A DNA stretch of 15,998 bases from a virus (taxonomy: Duplodnaviria; Heunggongvirae; Uroviricota; Caudoviricetes), in IMG/VR virus record IMGVR_UViG_2558860274_000005, positions 1-15,998 of that record. The stretch is one strand, 5' to 3'. The position numbers were made by a program, and so were the translations under genes. Shown here piece by piece: positions 6,917 through 15,264 of this stretch. The notes under the pieces were generated by a model, which saw nothing but the letters and a program-made list of their open reading frames with translations, ran no database searches and was not told the DNA's origin. The stretch's first letter is position 1. Each line of letters starts with the position of its first letter.

Positions 6917-8230
6917 TCATTCTCCTGTTCTGCCTGTATCACTGCCCACTTCATCCAGCCCCTTAACATCCTGCCACGGCCCGTCACCAAATCTGACCTG
7001 CAAATGCTGAAACATCCCCTGAACCTGTGTGGCATCTTTGGGGTCAAGAAAGGTCAGTCCGGTGATGAGCGCACCATCTGTATCCGGGAACCAGCCATAG
7101 CTGTTTGTCTCAATAATGCTCATCGGCCCCAGACGAAAACGGATTTGTGTCTCGCCCGGGTCTCCCTTCGGCCCCTGAGGTCCGGTAGCCCCCACCGGAC
7201 CTGCCGCTCCTGTTTCTCCTTTCGGTCCCTGTGGGCCTGCCGGGCCTGCTGCACCGGTATCTCCCTTTGGCCCCTGTGGACCTGTACTTCCCGTCAGACC
7301 GGTCTCTCCCCGTTCACCCCTGTCGCCTTTCGGCCCCTGCGGGCCTGCCGGACCAGTATCTCCTCTCGGCCCCCGTTCGCCGGTTGCCCCGACAGGGCCG
7401 GTGTCACCACGCTCTCCCTTATCCCCCTTCGGCCCCTGAGGGCCGGCGGGCCCCTGTTCCCCCTTTGGCCCGGGAGGTCCCACCACGGTGGGGATTCGGT
7501 TTACGGCGTCTTCCGCCGCTATCCTGCTTTGTTCCGCTGACTGTGCGCTTTCTGCTGACTCCCGGGCTTTTTCTGCTGCGGTCGTTGCATCCCTGGCTGC
7601 ATTACCGGCTGCACTTTCTGCCGTCTTTCTTGACAATTCAGCTTCTGCTGCACTTTGTGATGACTCACTGGCTTTTTGAGCGGCCGCAGAGGCCGAGGAC
7701 GAGGACGCCTCCTCTGACTGCTTTGCAGCGGCTGCACTTTCTGCCGCCTGCCGGGCTGACTCCGATGCCTCCCCTGCTGAAGTGTCAGCATTTGCAGCGC
7801 TCTCTTCTGCCTGACTGGCTGATATGCCGGCATTCCTCGCGGACGTCTCCGCCTCTCCGGCATTCTTCTTCGCCTCCTCAGCGTGACGCGCCACCTCTTC
7901 CACCATCAGTTCAAAGCGACGCAGTGCCTCCGGCCGGACGTCATCCTCCGACATGGCACCGAGAAAATCATTCAGCGTCCCCGGTTGAGAATCTTCATAC
8001 ACGGTGATGGTCCCGGCATGTGACGGAGGAAATCCCTCCACCAACAGAATGACGCTGTACTGACCGTACTCAACGTCCATGCTGTAACGACCGGCTTCAT
8101 CCGGATTTTCAGAGGCCACCGTGTTCACCACCACCGTGCTGCTGGTCCGTCTGGCTTTCAGTTGAATGGTGCAGTTCTCTACCGGTTTTCCTGTGCCGTC
8201 TTTCAGTACACCTGAAATCTTTACTGCCAT
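6917..8230 (-). CDS. stf: Side tail fibre protein with collagen-like repeats
   Basis: N-terminus [28 protein letters not shown]...[21 protein letters not shown] matches the phage lambda Stf N-terminal domain as I recall it. Followed by an Ala/Ser/Glu-rich segment, about 37 Gly-X-Y collagen-like triplets and a distinct C-terminal domain. ATG at 8228-8230 preferred over the upstream GTG. Confidence 0.9.
   Translation of the reverse strand: MAVKISGVLKDGTGKPVENCTIQLKARRTSSTVVVNTVASENPDEAGRYSMDVEYGQYSVILLVEGFPPSHAGTITVYEDSQPGTLNDFLGAMSEDDVRPEALRRFELMVEEVARHAEEAKKNAGEAETSARNAGISASQAEESAANADTSAGEASESARQAAESAAAAKQSEEASSSSASAAAQKASESSQSAAEAELSRKTAESAAGNAARDATTAAEKARESAESAQSAEQSRIAAEDAVNRIPTVVGPPGPKGEQGPAGPQGPKGDKGERGDTGPVGATGERGPRGDTGPAGPQGPKGDRGERGETGLTGSTGPQGPKGDTGAAGPAGPQGPKGETGAAGPVGATGPQGPKGDPGETQIRFRLGPMSIIETNSYGWFPDTDGALITGLTFLDPKDATQVQGMFQHLQVRFGDGPWQDVKGLDEVGSDTGRTGE
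7151..7489 (-). repeat. Collagen-like Gly-X-Y triplet repeat region inside stf
   Basis: Protein segment [29 protein letters not shown]...[11 protein letters not shown]. The DNA is a GC-rich 9-bp-periodic repeat (GGNCCNNNN) that also generates long spurious ORFs on the opposite strand and in other frames. Confidence 0.8.
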
Positions 8231-8241
8231 ATTCACCCCAC

Positions 8242-8267
8242 AAAAAAGCCCGCCTGAACCGGCGGGC
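8242..8267 (-). terminator. Rho-independent terminator between lom and stf
   Basis: On the minus strand: GCCCGCC-GGTTCA-GGCGGGC followed by TTTTTT (plus-strand stem 8248-8267, A-run 8242-8247). Confidence 0.5.
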
Positions 8268-8294
8268 TGTCATAACACTGTGTTACCTGGCTAA

Positions 8295-8846
8295 TCAGAA
8301 CTTATAACCGACACCCACGATGAAACCGTCAGTGCGCCAGTCGCCACTGCCGGAGCCTTCATAAGCAATATCAATGGCCACGGATTCGGTCGGGTTAAAC
8401 TGCACGCCAGCTCCCCACGCCAGAGACGTGTTGCTGTGGCGACCGTCATCACTTCCGGTCAGCACATCGTGCGTTTTCCCCTTGTTGTCAGTTACGCGAA
8501 GATAATCCCCGGAGAAAGTCGACACACGGCTGTAAGCCACACCCGCCATCGCATACGCGCTGAACCATTCATTCACGCGCACAGACGGCCCCGCCATTAC
8601 GCTGAACCAGCGGTTACGAACGGAATCTTCATGCCAGCGGGTATCGCTGTAACGGGTCAGCTGGCGATTCTTGTCTCCTGCATAGCTGAATGACGTCACC
8701 AGCCCCAGTGTGTCCGTAAACTCATAACGGTATTTCACGTTAATCCCGTTCAGATCATCACTGCCGGGAACGTTCGTCGAGGCATGAAGATACCCCGCGC
8801 TCAGCGTGGACTGATGTTCAGACGCCCATGCAGGCGCACCGGATAC
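8295..8846 (-). pseudogene. lom: lom-like outer-membrane protein gene (Lom/Ail/PagC family), 5'-truncated and lacking its signal peptide
   Basis: Product ...GAPAWASEHQSTLSAGYLHASTNVPGSDDLNGINVKYRYEFTDTLGLVTSF...FIVGVGYKF matches lambda Lom. Homology continues upstream of the ORF-track start (GTG 8738) to about 8846, then hits an in-frame stop at 8868-8870 with no signal peptide or start codon. Confidence 0.75.
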
Positions 8847-9078
8847 CCTGGCGACGCGCCTTACGCGTTAACCAGCCTTCTGCTTCCAGCCGTGCGATAG
8901 CCGTTCTGACGGTACTCATCCCCGCGCCAATCTGGCGGGCAATGGTTTCAATTGATGGCCAACACACACCTTCGTCATTACTGAAATCAGCCAGGCGGGC
9001 CATAATTGCCACGCTGGATAACTTCATGCCTGACGCAGCGCAACCATCCCATACATAGCCGGTTAATTTAGTGCTCAT
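8818..9078 (-). pseudogene. Replication-protein-like HTH protein, N-terminal fragment fused out of frame to lom DNA
   Basis: ATG 9076-9078 with SD GAGG. The first ~77 aa (MSTKLTGYVWDGCAASGMKLSSVAIMARLADFSNDEGVCWPSIETIARQIGAGMSTVRTAIARLEAEGWLTRKARRQG) look like the winged-helix N-terminus of prophage replication-initiation proteins. The frame then runs into lom-derived sequence and stops after 86 aa. Confidence 0.5.
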
Positions 9079-9087
9079 GACCGACCT

Positions 9088-9426
9088 CTATTTCCCTGAA
9101 TTTACGACGAAACTGTTCGAGCGGGCTGAAGCACTCATGCTCATAGCCTTCGCGGAGGTAGATAACCCGTTGTGTTTCCGGTTCCCAACGAATGACTCTG
9201 ACGGGCACTCCGTAGTGATCTTTGAACCAGCGGTTAACTTGTTGCAAAGGACTGTCTCCTTCTGCCGGTTGAAATCACCCACAGCCCACTCTGCAAATCT
9301 GTGGGTTACAATTTCCCTGTCACCTGGTACATTCACTGCATAGCAATACTCCACCTTCGCTTTTCCACCCGGTACAGGAAGCGCAATCAGTTGCGAGCGA
9401 CGGTAGTGTGTTGTTAAACTGTTCAT
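9088..9426 (-). CDS. Hypothetical early-operon protein
   Basis: 112-aa ORF whose ATG (9424-9426) overlaps the stop of the upstream gene in an ATGA arrangement. Lies 9 nt upstream of the replication-protein start. No family recognised. The plus-strand ORF 9071-9343 is treated as its shadow. Confidence 0.35.
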   Translation of the reverse strand: MNSLTTHYRRSQLIALPVPGGKAKVEYCYAVNVPGDREIVTHRFAEWAVGDFNRQKETVLCNKLTAGSKITTECPSESFVGNRKHNGLSTSAKAMSMSASARSNSFVVNSGK

Positions 9427-10007
9427 GCGTTAGTTTCTCCACAACCAGAAGCAATCGACGCCACGACGCCCGGAGCTGCACACTCGCGGGCGTTACTCTT
9501 TTCCGGCGCACAAAAAACACGAAATAACAGTGTTAAATGCTCCTGCCACTTCGCCATTACTTGGTAGCTGTTCTCTTCGATTTGCTCACGCTCAGCCTGG
9601 TCAATAACTCCATCAGCAGTTGCCTTGCGTAAGTACTGGGAATGCTTGCCAATCCATTCTATTGACTCCATCAGCCGCTGATTAATGTCACCATTGTCAA
9701 TGTCATCAATGACCACCAGCGGCACAAACACCCCATTACTACGACGGGCTATTGCATCTGTTACATGCCTGGTACCACTGGCATCCTGTAAAACCATGGC
9801 CCACTCAAGTGGAAAAATTTGATCCCCACCGCTACGCAGTCTGTTATGCAATTGATCTTTTGCTGGGGTGATATCATCAGATTTATACAAACCAAGAATT
9901 TCTGCTGCTTCCTCATAGCCATGAGGTAAATCAGCAATCGTTCTTCGTATTGCTGCCACCAGCCATGCTGGTTGTTTATCAACTTTCCATTCAGGTTCTT
10001 TACCCAC
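9423..10007 (-). CDS. Phage regulatory protein, CII-like/YdaT-like (tentative)
   Basis: 194-aa ORF with a GTG start (10005-10007) and SD GAGGA at 7-nt spacing, immediately downstream of the cro-like gene. Family assignment is from position and size, not a confident sequence match. Confidence 0.45.
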   Translation of the reverse strand: MGKEPEWKVDKQPAWLVAAIRRTIADLPHGYEEAAEILGLYKSDDITPAKDQLHNRLRSGGDQIFPLEWAMVLQDASGTRHVTDAIARRSNGVFVPLVVIDDIDNGDINQRLMESIEWIGKHSQYLRKATADGVIDQAEREQIEENSYQVMAKWQEHLTLLFRVFCAPEKSNARECAAPGVVASIASGCGETNA

Positions 10008-10034
10008 GGTTAATTCCTCATTTCTGTGGTGTTT

Positions 10035-10232
10035 TTATGCCGCAGCACTGTTAGTCTTTTGATATAAAGACACGTCAACTTTCAGTTTCCCGTTAGTAAT
10101 TTTTTCTAACTGGTACGCTCGGCCTTCAGGAATAATCTCAGGCCACTCTGAAACAGACGGATGCTTAATACCTAGGGCTTCGGCGGTTTTACAAACTCCG
10201 CCGAAATAATTAATCACGTCGGATTTCCGCAT
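10035..10232 (-). CDS. cro: Cro-like small DNA-binding repressor
   Basis: 65-aa ORF divergent from the CI gene across an operator-rich intergenic region. SD GGAGA 5 nt upstream of ATG 10230-10232. Helix-turn-helix-like segment KTAEALGIKHPSVSEW. Confidence 0.65.
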   Translation of the reverse strand: MRKSDVINYFGGVCKTAEALGIKHPSVSEWPEIIPEGRAYQLEKITNGKLKVDVSLYQKTNSAAA

Positions 10233-10264
10233 TTCTGTCTCCCGTTAAATTACGTTAAGCAGAA

Positions 10265-10329
10265 ATGTAGGATATCCAACATGTCAATGTCAAGAATCCT
10301 ACATTGGCATGTGGTAGGATTGCCTACAT
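10265..10329. promoter_or_regulatory. OR-like operator cluster between the cro-like and CI genes
   Basis: Three related sites: ATGTAGGATATCCAACAT (10265-10282), ATGTCAAGAATCCTACAT (10287-10304, opposite orientation) and a GTAGGATTGCCTACAT palindrome (about 10313-10328). All share the half-site TAGGAT/ATCCTA. Confidence 0.5.
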
Positions 10330-10981
10330 GATGAACATGAGTGATCGTATTCGCCAAAGGCGAAAAGAACTGAACCTGACACAACAAGCACTGGCTGATT
10401 TGACTGGTGTGAACCGTGTCACGGTTACTGGATGGGAAAAGGACGACTACCAACCAAATGGAGCCAACCTTCAAGCCCTAGCCAACGCACTTAAATGCGA
10501 TCCTCTGTGGCTTGTTAGCGGAAAAGGCTCGCCTGAACCAAAGATAAATCTAAAACCTGAAATATTCGCAGTTAAAAAAGTCCCCCTCATCTCGTGGGTT
10601 CAGGCGGGTTCATGGACAATGACGGAGCCTGGTGTCAGGAAAGAAGATGCTGAAGAGTGGGTTTATACTACCGCCCTTGTATCAGAAATGGCATTTGCAC
10701 TACGGGTCCGTGGTGATTCAATGACCAATCCCCTCGGCTCACCATCGATACCAGAAGGTTCTATCGTTATCGTAGAGCCAGATATTATTGATACAGAGTG
10801 TATTAACGGAAAAATCGTTGTTGCCCATATCAATGGTGGGCAAGAAGCGACACTCAAAAAATTTGTTGAGGACTGGCCGAACAGGTATCTCGTCCCACTA
10901 AATCCTAACTATAAAACTATTGAATGCGGTGAGAACTGCAGAATAGTTGGTCTTGTCAAACAAGTAATAATGGATTTTTGA
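10328..10981 (+). CDS. cI: CI-like prophage repressor (N-terminal HTH plus C-terminal LexA-like S24 autopeptidase domain)
   Basis: HTH segment LTQQALADLTGVNRVTVTGWE. S24 catalytic Ser (RVRGDSMTNP) and Lys (EATLKKF). ATG 10328 is preceded by AGGA. The ORF track's TTG start at 10304 is probably too far upstream. Confidence 0.9.
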   Translation: MMNMSDRIRQRRKELNLTQQALADLTGVNRVTVTGWEKDDYQPNGANLQALANALKCDPLWLVSGKGSPEPKINLKPEIFAVKKVPLISWVQAGSWTMTEPGVRKEDAEEWVYTTALVSEMAFALRVRGDSMTNPLGSPSIPEGSIVIVEPDIIDTECINGKIVVAHINGGQEATLKKFVEDWPNRYLVPLNPNYKTIECGENCRIVGLVKQVIMDF

Positions 10982-11002
10982 CACATCTTCCTCACTATCG
11001 CA

Positions 11003-11027
11003 AAACCGGGGTATCCCCGGTTTTTTT
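11003..11027 (+). terminator. Rho-independent terminator downstream of cI
   Basis: CCGGGG-TAT-CCCCGG stem-loop (11006-11020) followed by TTTTTTT (11021-11027). Confidence 0.55.
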
Positions 11028-11043
11028 ATGAGCCTATCTTTTT

Positions 11044-11097
11044 ATGTAGGATAACCAACATAAACTCTTGACACTCACATGTTTGATATCCTACATT
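11044..11097 (+). promoter_or_regulatory. pL-like early-left promoter flanked by two operator sites
   Basis: Operator ATGTAGGATAACCAACAT (11044-11061), perfect -35 TTGACA (11068-11073), operator ATGTTTGATATCCTACAT (11079-11096) overlapping a -10-like TACATT. Same operator family as the cro/cI intergenic sites. Confidence 0.45.
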
Positions 11098-11438
11098 TGT
11101 TTTTAGAGTTGTGGTGAAGGCGCAGGCTGATGCGCGAAAGACATTGCAGCTATTGCGGAAAAGAGCTGTTCGGCGGGGCAATTAAACGCCCGTGAGAGTC
11201 TGAAATAACCGCAAGCCGGAGATCAGCACCGGTCACCACAACAGCCACTGCTTTGGCGGTACCAGTTTGTACACTTGCTTCCGGCTGGTACCGCTCTTTT
11301 TACAAAACAGAGAAGAGCATCACCGGACGACGGGCTCATAACCCAATCCATCCGGGCGGCTGCCACCGCAGGTGTTCTTCTCTGTTTTGTGGAGAAACCA
11401 ACCGACCTTGCAGGGTCGATATGATGAGGAGCAGCAAA

Positions 11439-11801
11439 ATGGCTAGCGAACGCAGTACTGATGTGCAGGCATTTATCGGGGAGCTGGACGGCGGCGTATT
11501 TGAAACCAAAATCGGCGCAGTTCTCAGTGAAGTCGCTTCCGGTGTGATGAACACGAAAACCAAAGGGAAGGTCTCACTCAACCTGGAAATCGAACCATTT
11601 GATGAGAACCGTGTGAAAATCAAACACAAACTCTCATATGTTCGCCCGACTAACCGCGGGAAAATTTCCGAAGAAGACACCACCGAAACGCCGATGTATG
11701 TCAATCGCGGTGGTCGCCTGACTATTCTGCAGGAAGACCAGGGACAATTACTGACTCTTGCCGGTGAACCTGACGGAAAACTCCGCGCAGCAGGTCATTA
11801 A
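11439..11801 (+). CDS. YfdP-like prophage protein (120 aa)
   Basis: ATG 11439 preceded by AGGAG (11427-11431). The longer ORF-track version (from 11253) has an implausible Cys/Arg-rich leader. Size and position match YfdP of the KplE1/CPS-53 prophage as I recall it; assignment is from context and length. Confidence 0.6.
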   Translation: MASERSTDVQAFIGELDGGVFETKIGAVLSEVASGVMNTKTKGKVSLNLEIEPFDENRVKIKHKLSYVRPTNRGKISEEDTTETPMYVNRGGRLTILQEDQGQLLTLAGEPDGKLRAAGH

Positions 11802-11866
11802 TATCGTTCTTAATTAACTGATTATTTATCTCATCACTGAATATCTTTATATAGTGAGGACTTATT

Positions 11867-12691
11867 ATGTCTCAGAACTTAGACGCAACCGCAATTAATC
11901 AAATCCATGCCCTTATTTCTGCTCAGGGTGTTAATGAAATTATCAGTAAGATTGGTGCCGACGCAGTGGCATTACCTGAAAATTTCCGCATTCATGATCT
12001 GGAAAAATTTAATTTAAATCGCTTCCGTTTCCGTGGTGCGCTTTCCACTGCCAGCATCGATGACTTTACCCGTTATTCTAAAGATCTTGCAGATGAAGGC
12101 ACCCGCTGCTTTATCGATGCCGATAATATGCGAGCCGTCAGTGTGCTTAACCTGGGTACTATTGATGAACCAGGTCACGCAGATAACACCGCCACTCTCA
12201 AACTGAAAAAGACAGCACCGTTCTCTGCCCTGTTGTCTGTTAACGGCGAGCGTAACTCCCAGAAGTCACTGGCAGAATGGATCGAAGACTGGGCCGACTA
12301 CCTTGTGGGCTTTGATGCTAATGGTGATGCCATTCAGGCAACAAAAGCGGCTGCGGCAGTCCGTAAAATCACGATTGAAGCAAACCAGACCGCTGATTTT
12401 GAAGATAATGACTTCAGCGGCAAACGCTCCCTGATGGAGTCTGTCGAAGCGAAGACCAAAGATATTATGCCTGTGGCATTTGAATTTAAATGCGTTCCGT
12501 TTGAAGGCCTGAAAGAACGTCCGTTTAAATTACGCCTCAGCATTATCACTGGCGATCGTCCTGTACTGGTTCTGCGCATTATTCAGCTGGAAGCGGTGCA
12601 GGAAGAAATGGCTAACGAATTTCGTGATCTGCTTGTTGAGAAATTCAAAGACAGCAAAGTAGAAACCTTCATTGGTACTTTCATCGCCTGA
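11867..12691 (+). CDS. YfdQ-like protein (DUF2303 family)
   Basis: 274-aa ORF, the same length as E. coli YfdQ, in the yfdP-yfdQ-yfdR gene order. Function unknown. Confidence 0.7.
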   Translation: MSQNLDATAINQIHALISAQGVNEIISKIGADAVALPENFRIHDLEKFNLNRFRFRGALSTASIDDFTRYSKDLADEGTRCFIDADNMRAVSVLNLGTIDEPGHADNTATLKLKKTAPFSALLSVNGERNSQKSLAEWIEDWADYLVGFDANGDAIQATKAAAAVRKITIEANQTADFEDNDFSGKRSLMESVEAKTKDIMPVAFEFKCVPFEGLKERPFKLRLSIITGDRPVLVLRIIQLEAVQEEMANEFRDLLVEKFKDSKVETFIGTFIA

Positions 12692-12818
12692 TTTCATTAC
12701 TGCAAATGCCCCTGCGGGGGCATTTATGGAAACGTAATTAACTCAATAATCACCGGATGGTGAGGGCTTCCTTTTACCAGAATTCAGCGTGGTGCAGCAC
12801 ATATACGTGGAGAACAAA

Positions 12819-13355
12819 ATGTCATTTATTAAAACTTTTTCCGGGAAGCATTTTTATTATGACAGGATAAATAAAGACAACATCGATATTAACGATATCG
12901 CGGTTTCCCTTTCAAATATCTGTCGCTTTGCCGGTCATCTTTCACACTTCTACAGCGTCGCCCAACATGCGGTGCTTTGCAGCCAGCTGGTGCCGCAGGA
13001 ATTTGCTTTTGAAGCGTTAATGCATGATGCAACAGAAGCGTATTGCCAGGACATCCCCGCGCCACTGAAACGCCTTCTTCCTGACTATAAACGGATGGAA
13101 GAAAAAATAGACGCCGTAATCCGTGAGAAATACGGGTTACCCCCGGTTATGAGTACGCCCGTGAAATATGCCGATCTCATCATGCTGGCAACCGAACGCC
13201 GCGATCTCGGGCTTGATGATGGCTCTTTCTGGCCTGTACTGGAAGGCATCCCGGCAACAGAGATGTTCAAAGTTATTCCACTGTCACCAGGCCATGCCTA
13301 CGGGATGTTTATGGAACGTTTTAACGAGTTATCGGAGTTACGCAAATGCGCATGA
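12819..13355 (+). CDS. YfdR-like HD-domain phosphohydrolase (5'-deoxynucleotidase family)
   Basis: 178 aa from ATG 12819, with GGAG 6 nt upstream. Conserved HD-domain residues are visible (His in CRFAGHLSHFYSVAQH, and the HD pair in EALMHDATEAY). Length matches YfdR. Confidence 0.8.
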   Translation: MSFIKTFSGKHFYYDRINKDNIDINDIAVSLSNICRFAGHLSHFYSVAQHAVLCSQLVPQEFAFEALMHDATEAYCQDIPAPLKRLLPDYKRMEEKIDAVIREKYGLPPVMSTPVKYADLIMLATERRDLGLDDGSFWPVLEGIPATEMFKVIPLSPGHAYGMFMERFNELSELRKCA

Positions 13356-13867
13356 ATGTTTTCGAAATGGAAGGGTTTCTTCGCGGGAAATGTGTACCGC
13401 GAGATCTGAAAGTGAACGAAACAAATGCTGAGTACCTAGTACGTAAGTTCGACGCGCTTGAAGCTAAATGCGAGACGCTGGCGGCGGAGAATGCGCGGCT
13501 GAATAAATTTATCGTACAGAGTTGCTATGTGTTTAATGGCGAGCAGGATGAAATATCTGATGCGTATATCTGCGCAGCAGGCGGAGGTATGCCGCAAATT
13601 CCAGCCACCGATGCTTTTCTGGCTGAAATTCGTGCGGAGGCTCGCAACGAGGGAATTAACTATACCGCAAGTCGTCTTGCTGCAGCTTTCAACCACGGAT
13701 TTATCAATAAGTCTTTACGTGAAGTTTTCGACGTTACGCGCATGATTCTGTCAGCGAAAGAAGAGTTAGCTAATGAACCGCATCCGATTGATGGCCTGTC
13801 CGGTGAATATGCGGAGAAATCCCTTGAAGAATGGGCGGAGCAGATTCGCAAAGGAGGCAACCAGTGA
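13346..13867 (+). CDS. Hypothetical early-operon protein (possibly Ead/Ea22-like)
   Basis: 173-aa ORF translationally coupled to the upstream gene (ATGA overlap with its stop at 13353-13355). Predicted coiled-coil segment (EAKCETLAAENARLNKF). Family call tentative. Confidence 0.45.
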   Translation: MRMNVFEMEGFLRGKCVPRDLKVNETNAEYLVRKFDALEAKCETLAAENARLNKFIVQSCYVFNGEQDEISDAYICAAGGGMPQIPATDAFLAEIRAEARNEGINYTASRLAAAFNHGFINKSLREVFDVTRMILSAKEELANEPHPIDGLSGEYAEKSLEEWAEQIRKGGNQ

Positions 13868-14352
13868 CTGGACATGCAGCAATCCTCGACATGTGCTGTG
13901 GCAGTCGCATGTTCTGGTTCGATAAGAATGACGACCGGGCGATATTTAGCGACATCAGAAAGGAAGAGCACACATTATGTGATGGACGACGCCTGATAAT
14001 TAGCCCTGACCTGATAGCAGATTTTCGTGCATTACCATTTGCAGACGCATCGTTTCCGGTTGTTGTATTCGACCCTCCGCATCTTGAGCGTGTTGGTGAT
14101 AACGCCTGGATGGGAAAGAAATATGGACGGCTGAATAAAGATACCTGGCGTGATGATTTGCGGCAGGGATTTAAAGAAGCCTTTCGTGTGTTGTGGCCAA
14201 ACGGTGTTCTGGTTTTTAAATGGAATGAAACGCAAATACCGGTAAGCCAGATTTTGGCACTGACAGACAGAAAACCTGTTATCGGTCAACGAACAGGAAA
14301 AAACGATAAAACCCACTGGATTATTTTTATGAAAGAGGCAACCAGTGAGTAA
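13864..14352 (+). CDS. Putative phage DNA methyltransferase (SAM-dependent, amino-methyltransferase type)
   Basis: GTG 13864 overlaps the upstream stop (GTGA) and is preceded by AGGAGG (13852-13857). Product has a SAM-binding-like motif (ILDMCCGSRMF) and a DPPH tetrapeptide (VVVFDPPH) resembling motif IV, (D/N/S)PP(Y/F/W/H), of N6-adenine/N4-cytosine methyltransferases. Confidence 0.5.
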   Translation: MTGHAAILDMCCGSRMFWFDKNDDRAIFSDIRKEEHTLCDGRRLIISPDLIADFRALPFADASFPVVVFDPPHLERVGDNAWMGKKYGRLNKDTWRDDLRQGFKEAFRVLWPNGVLVFKWNETQIPVSQILALTDRKPVIGQRTGKNDKTHWIIFMKEATSE

Positions 14353-14656
14353 TTATCTGTACTGGTCTGGCTTAGTGGCTAACATCGCGCTCATGTTGTT
14401 CGTGGCTCTTTGCATCTGGGTTTGGTTTATCTGGCCTTTTGTAGAGGCCATGAGCATAACTCGGTGCTTTATTTGCGCATCAAAGACTTCTGGATGCAAA
14501 CCAACTGTAAGAGCAATTATCAGAACTTTAAAATACTGGTATCTGGATTTGCTTTTCGGCAGGGGCTGGACGCGAATTAGTAACCGCCAGTTTGAATGGG
14601 AAGGCGTCGGTAACTGGCGAATTCACAGCAGCAAAGAAACGCAGGAGGTGAAGTAA
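14345..14656 (+). CDS. Small predicted membrane protein
   Basis: 103-aa ORF with a GTG start overlapping the upstream gene end; hydrophobic N-terminal segment (LVANIALMLFVALCIWVWFIWPFV). Confidence 0.4.
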   Translation: MSNYLYWSGLVANIALMLFVALCIWVWFIWPFVEAMSITRCFICASKTSGCKPTVRAIIRTLKYWYLDLLFGRGWTRISNRQFEWEGVGNWRIHSSKETQEVK

Positions 14657-15228
14657 TGAATAACTTAATGATCGACCTTGAGACGATGGGGAAAAATAAG
14701 GATGCACCGATCGTTTCCATTGGCGCGGTGTTCTTCACTCCAGAAACCGGAGACATCGGACAAGAATTCTATACGGTTGTTAGCCTGGAAAGTGCTATGG
14801 GGCAAGGAGCTACACCTGACGGCGATACCATCCTGTGGTGGTTGAAACAAAGCCCTGAAGCACGAGCTGCAATCTGTATTGATGATACTTTGTCGATCAG
14901 CGATGCTCTCTCAGAACTAAATCATTTCATTAACCGGCACGCAGACAATACGAAATATTTAAAAGTCTGGGGTAACGGAGCCACCTTCGACAACGTAATT
15001 TTACGTGGAGCTTATGAGCGAGCAGGACAAATCTGCCCGTGGGCATACTGGAATGACCACGATGTACGCACGATCGTTACGCTTGGGTGTTCCATCGGAT
15101 TCGACCCCAAAATGGACATGCCTTTCGATGGCGAACGGCACAACGCCCTGGCTGATGCCCGTCATCAGGCAAAATATGTTTCCGCTATCTGGCAGAAATT
15201 AATTCCTGCCACCAGCACAGAATTATGA
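14656..15228 (+). CDS. DnaQ-like (DEDD family) 3'-5' exonuclease
   Basis: 190-aa ORF with the Exo I motif (MIDLETMG), central acidic motif (FDNVIL) and Exo III H-x4-D motif (HNALADA). ATG overlaps the upstream stop (TAATG-type coupling). Confidence 0.8.
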   Translation: MNNLMIDLETMGKNKDAPIVSIGAVFFTPETGDIGQEFYTVVSLESAMGQGATPDGDTILWWLKQSPEARAAICIDDTLSISDALSELNHFINRHADNTKYLKVWGNGATFDNVILRGAYERAGQICPWAYWNDHDVRTIVTLGCSIGFDPKMDMPFDGERHNALADARHQAKYVSAIWQKLIPATSTEL

Positions 15229-15264
15229 TTTTCCCGGGTGCAGCCGGTTTTGATGGAGAAAATT

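Noticed and set aside
6569-8007. Long plus-strand ORFs (6569-7540, 7231-8007) and minus-strand ORF 7519-7863, with Pro/Arg/Leu-rich or Gln/Arg-rich products
   Set aside because: They lie inside or opposite the tail-fibre gene, whose minus-strand product matches lambda Stf and contains genuine collagen repeats. The GC-rich triplet-repeat DNA produces long stop-free alternative frames, and their products are low-complexity.
9071-9343. Plus-strand 90-aa ORF
   Set aside because: Opposite in orientation to the contiguous minus-strand early operon, in which successive genes show start/stop coupling; treated as a shadow ORF.
10250-10474. Minus-strand 74-aa ORF spanning the operator region and the cI 5' end
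   Set aside because: Overlaps the operators and the start of a well-supported CI repressor gene; no SD and no recognisable product.
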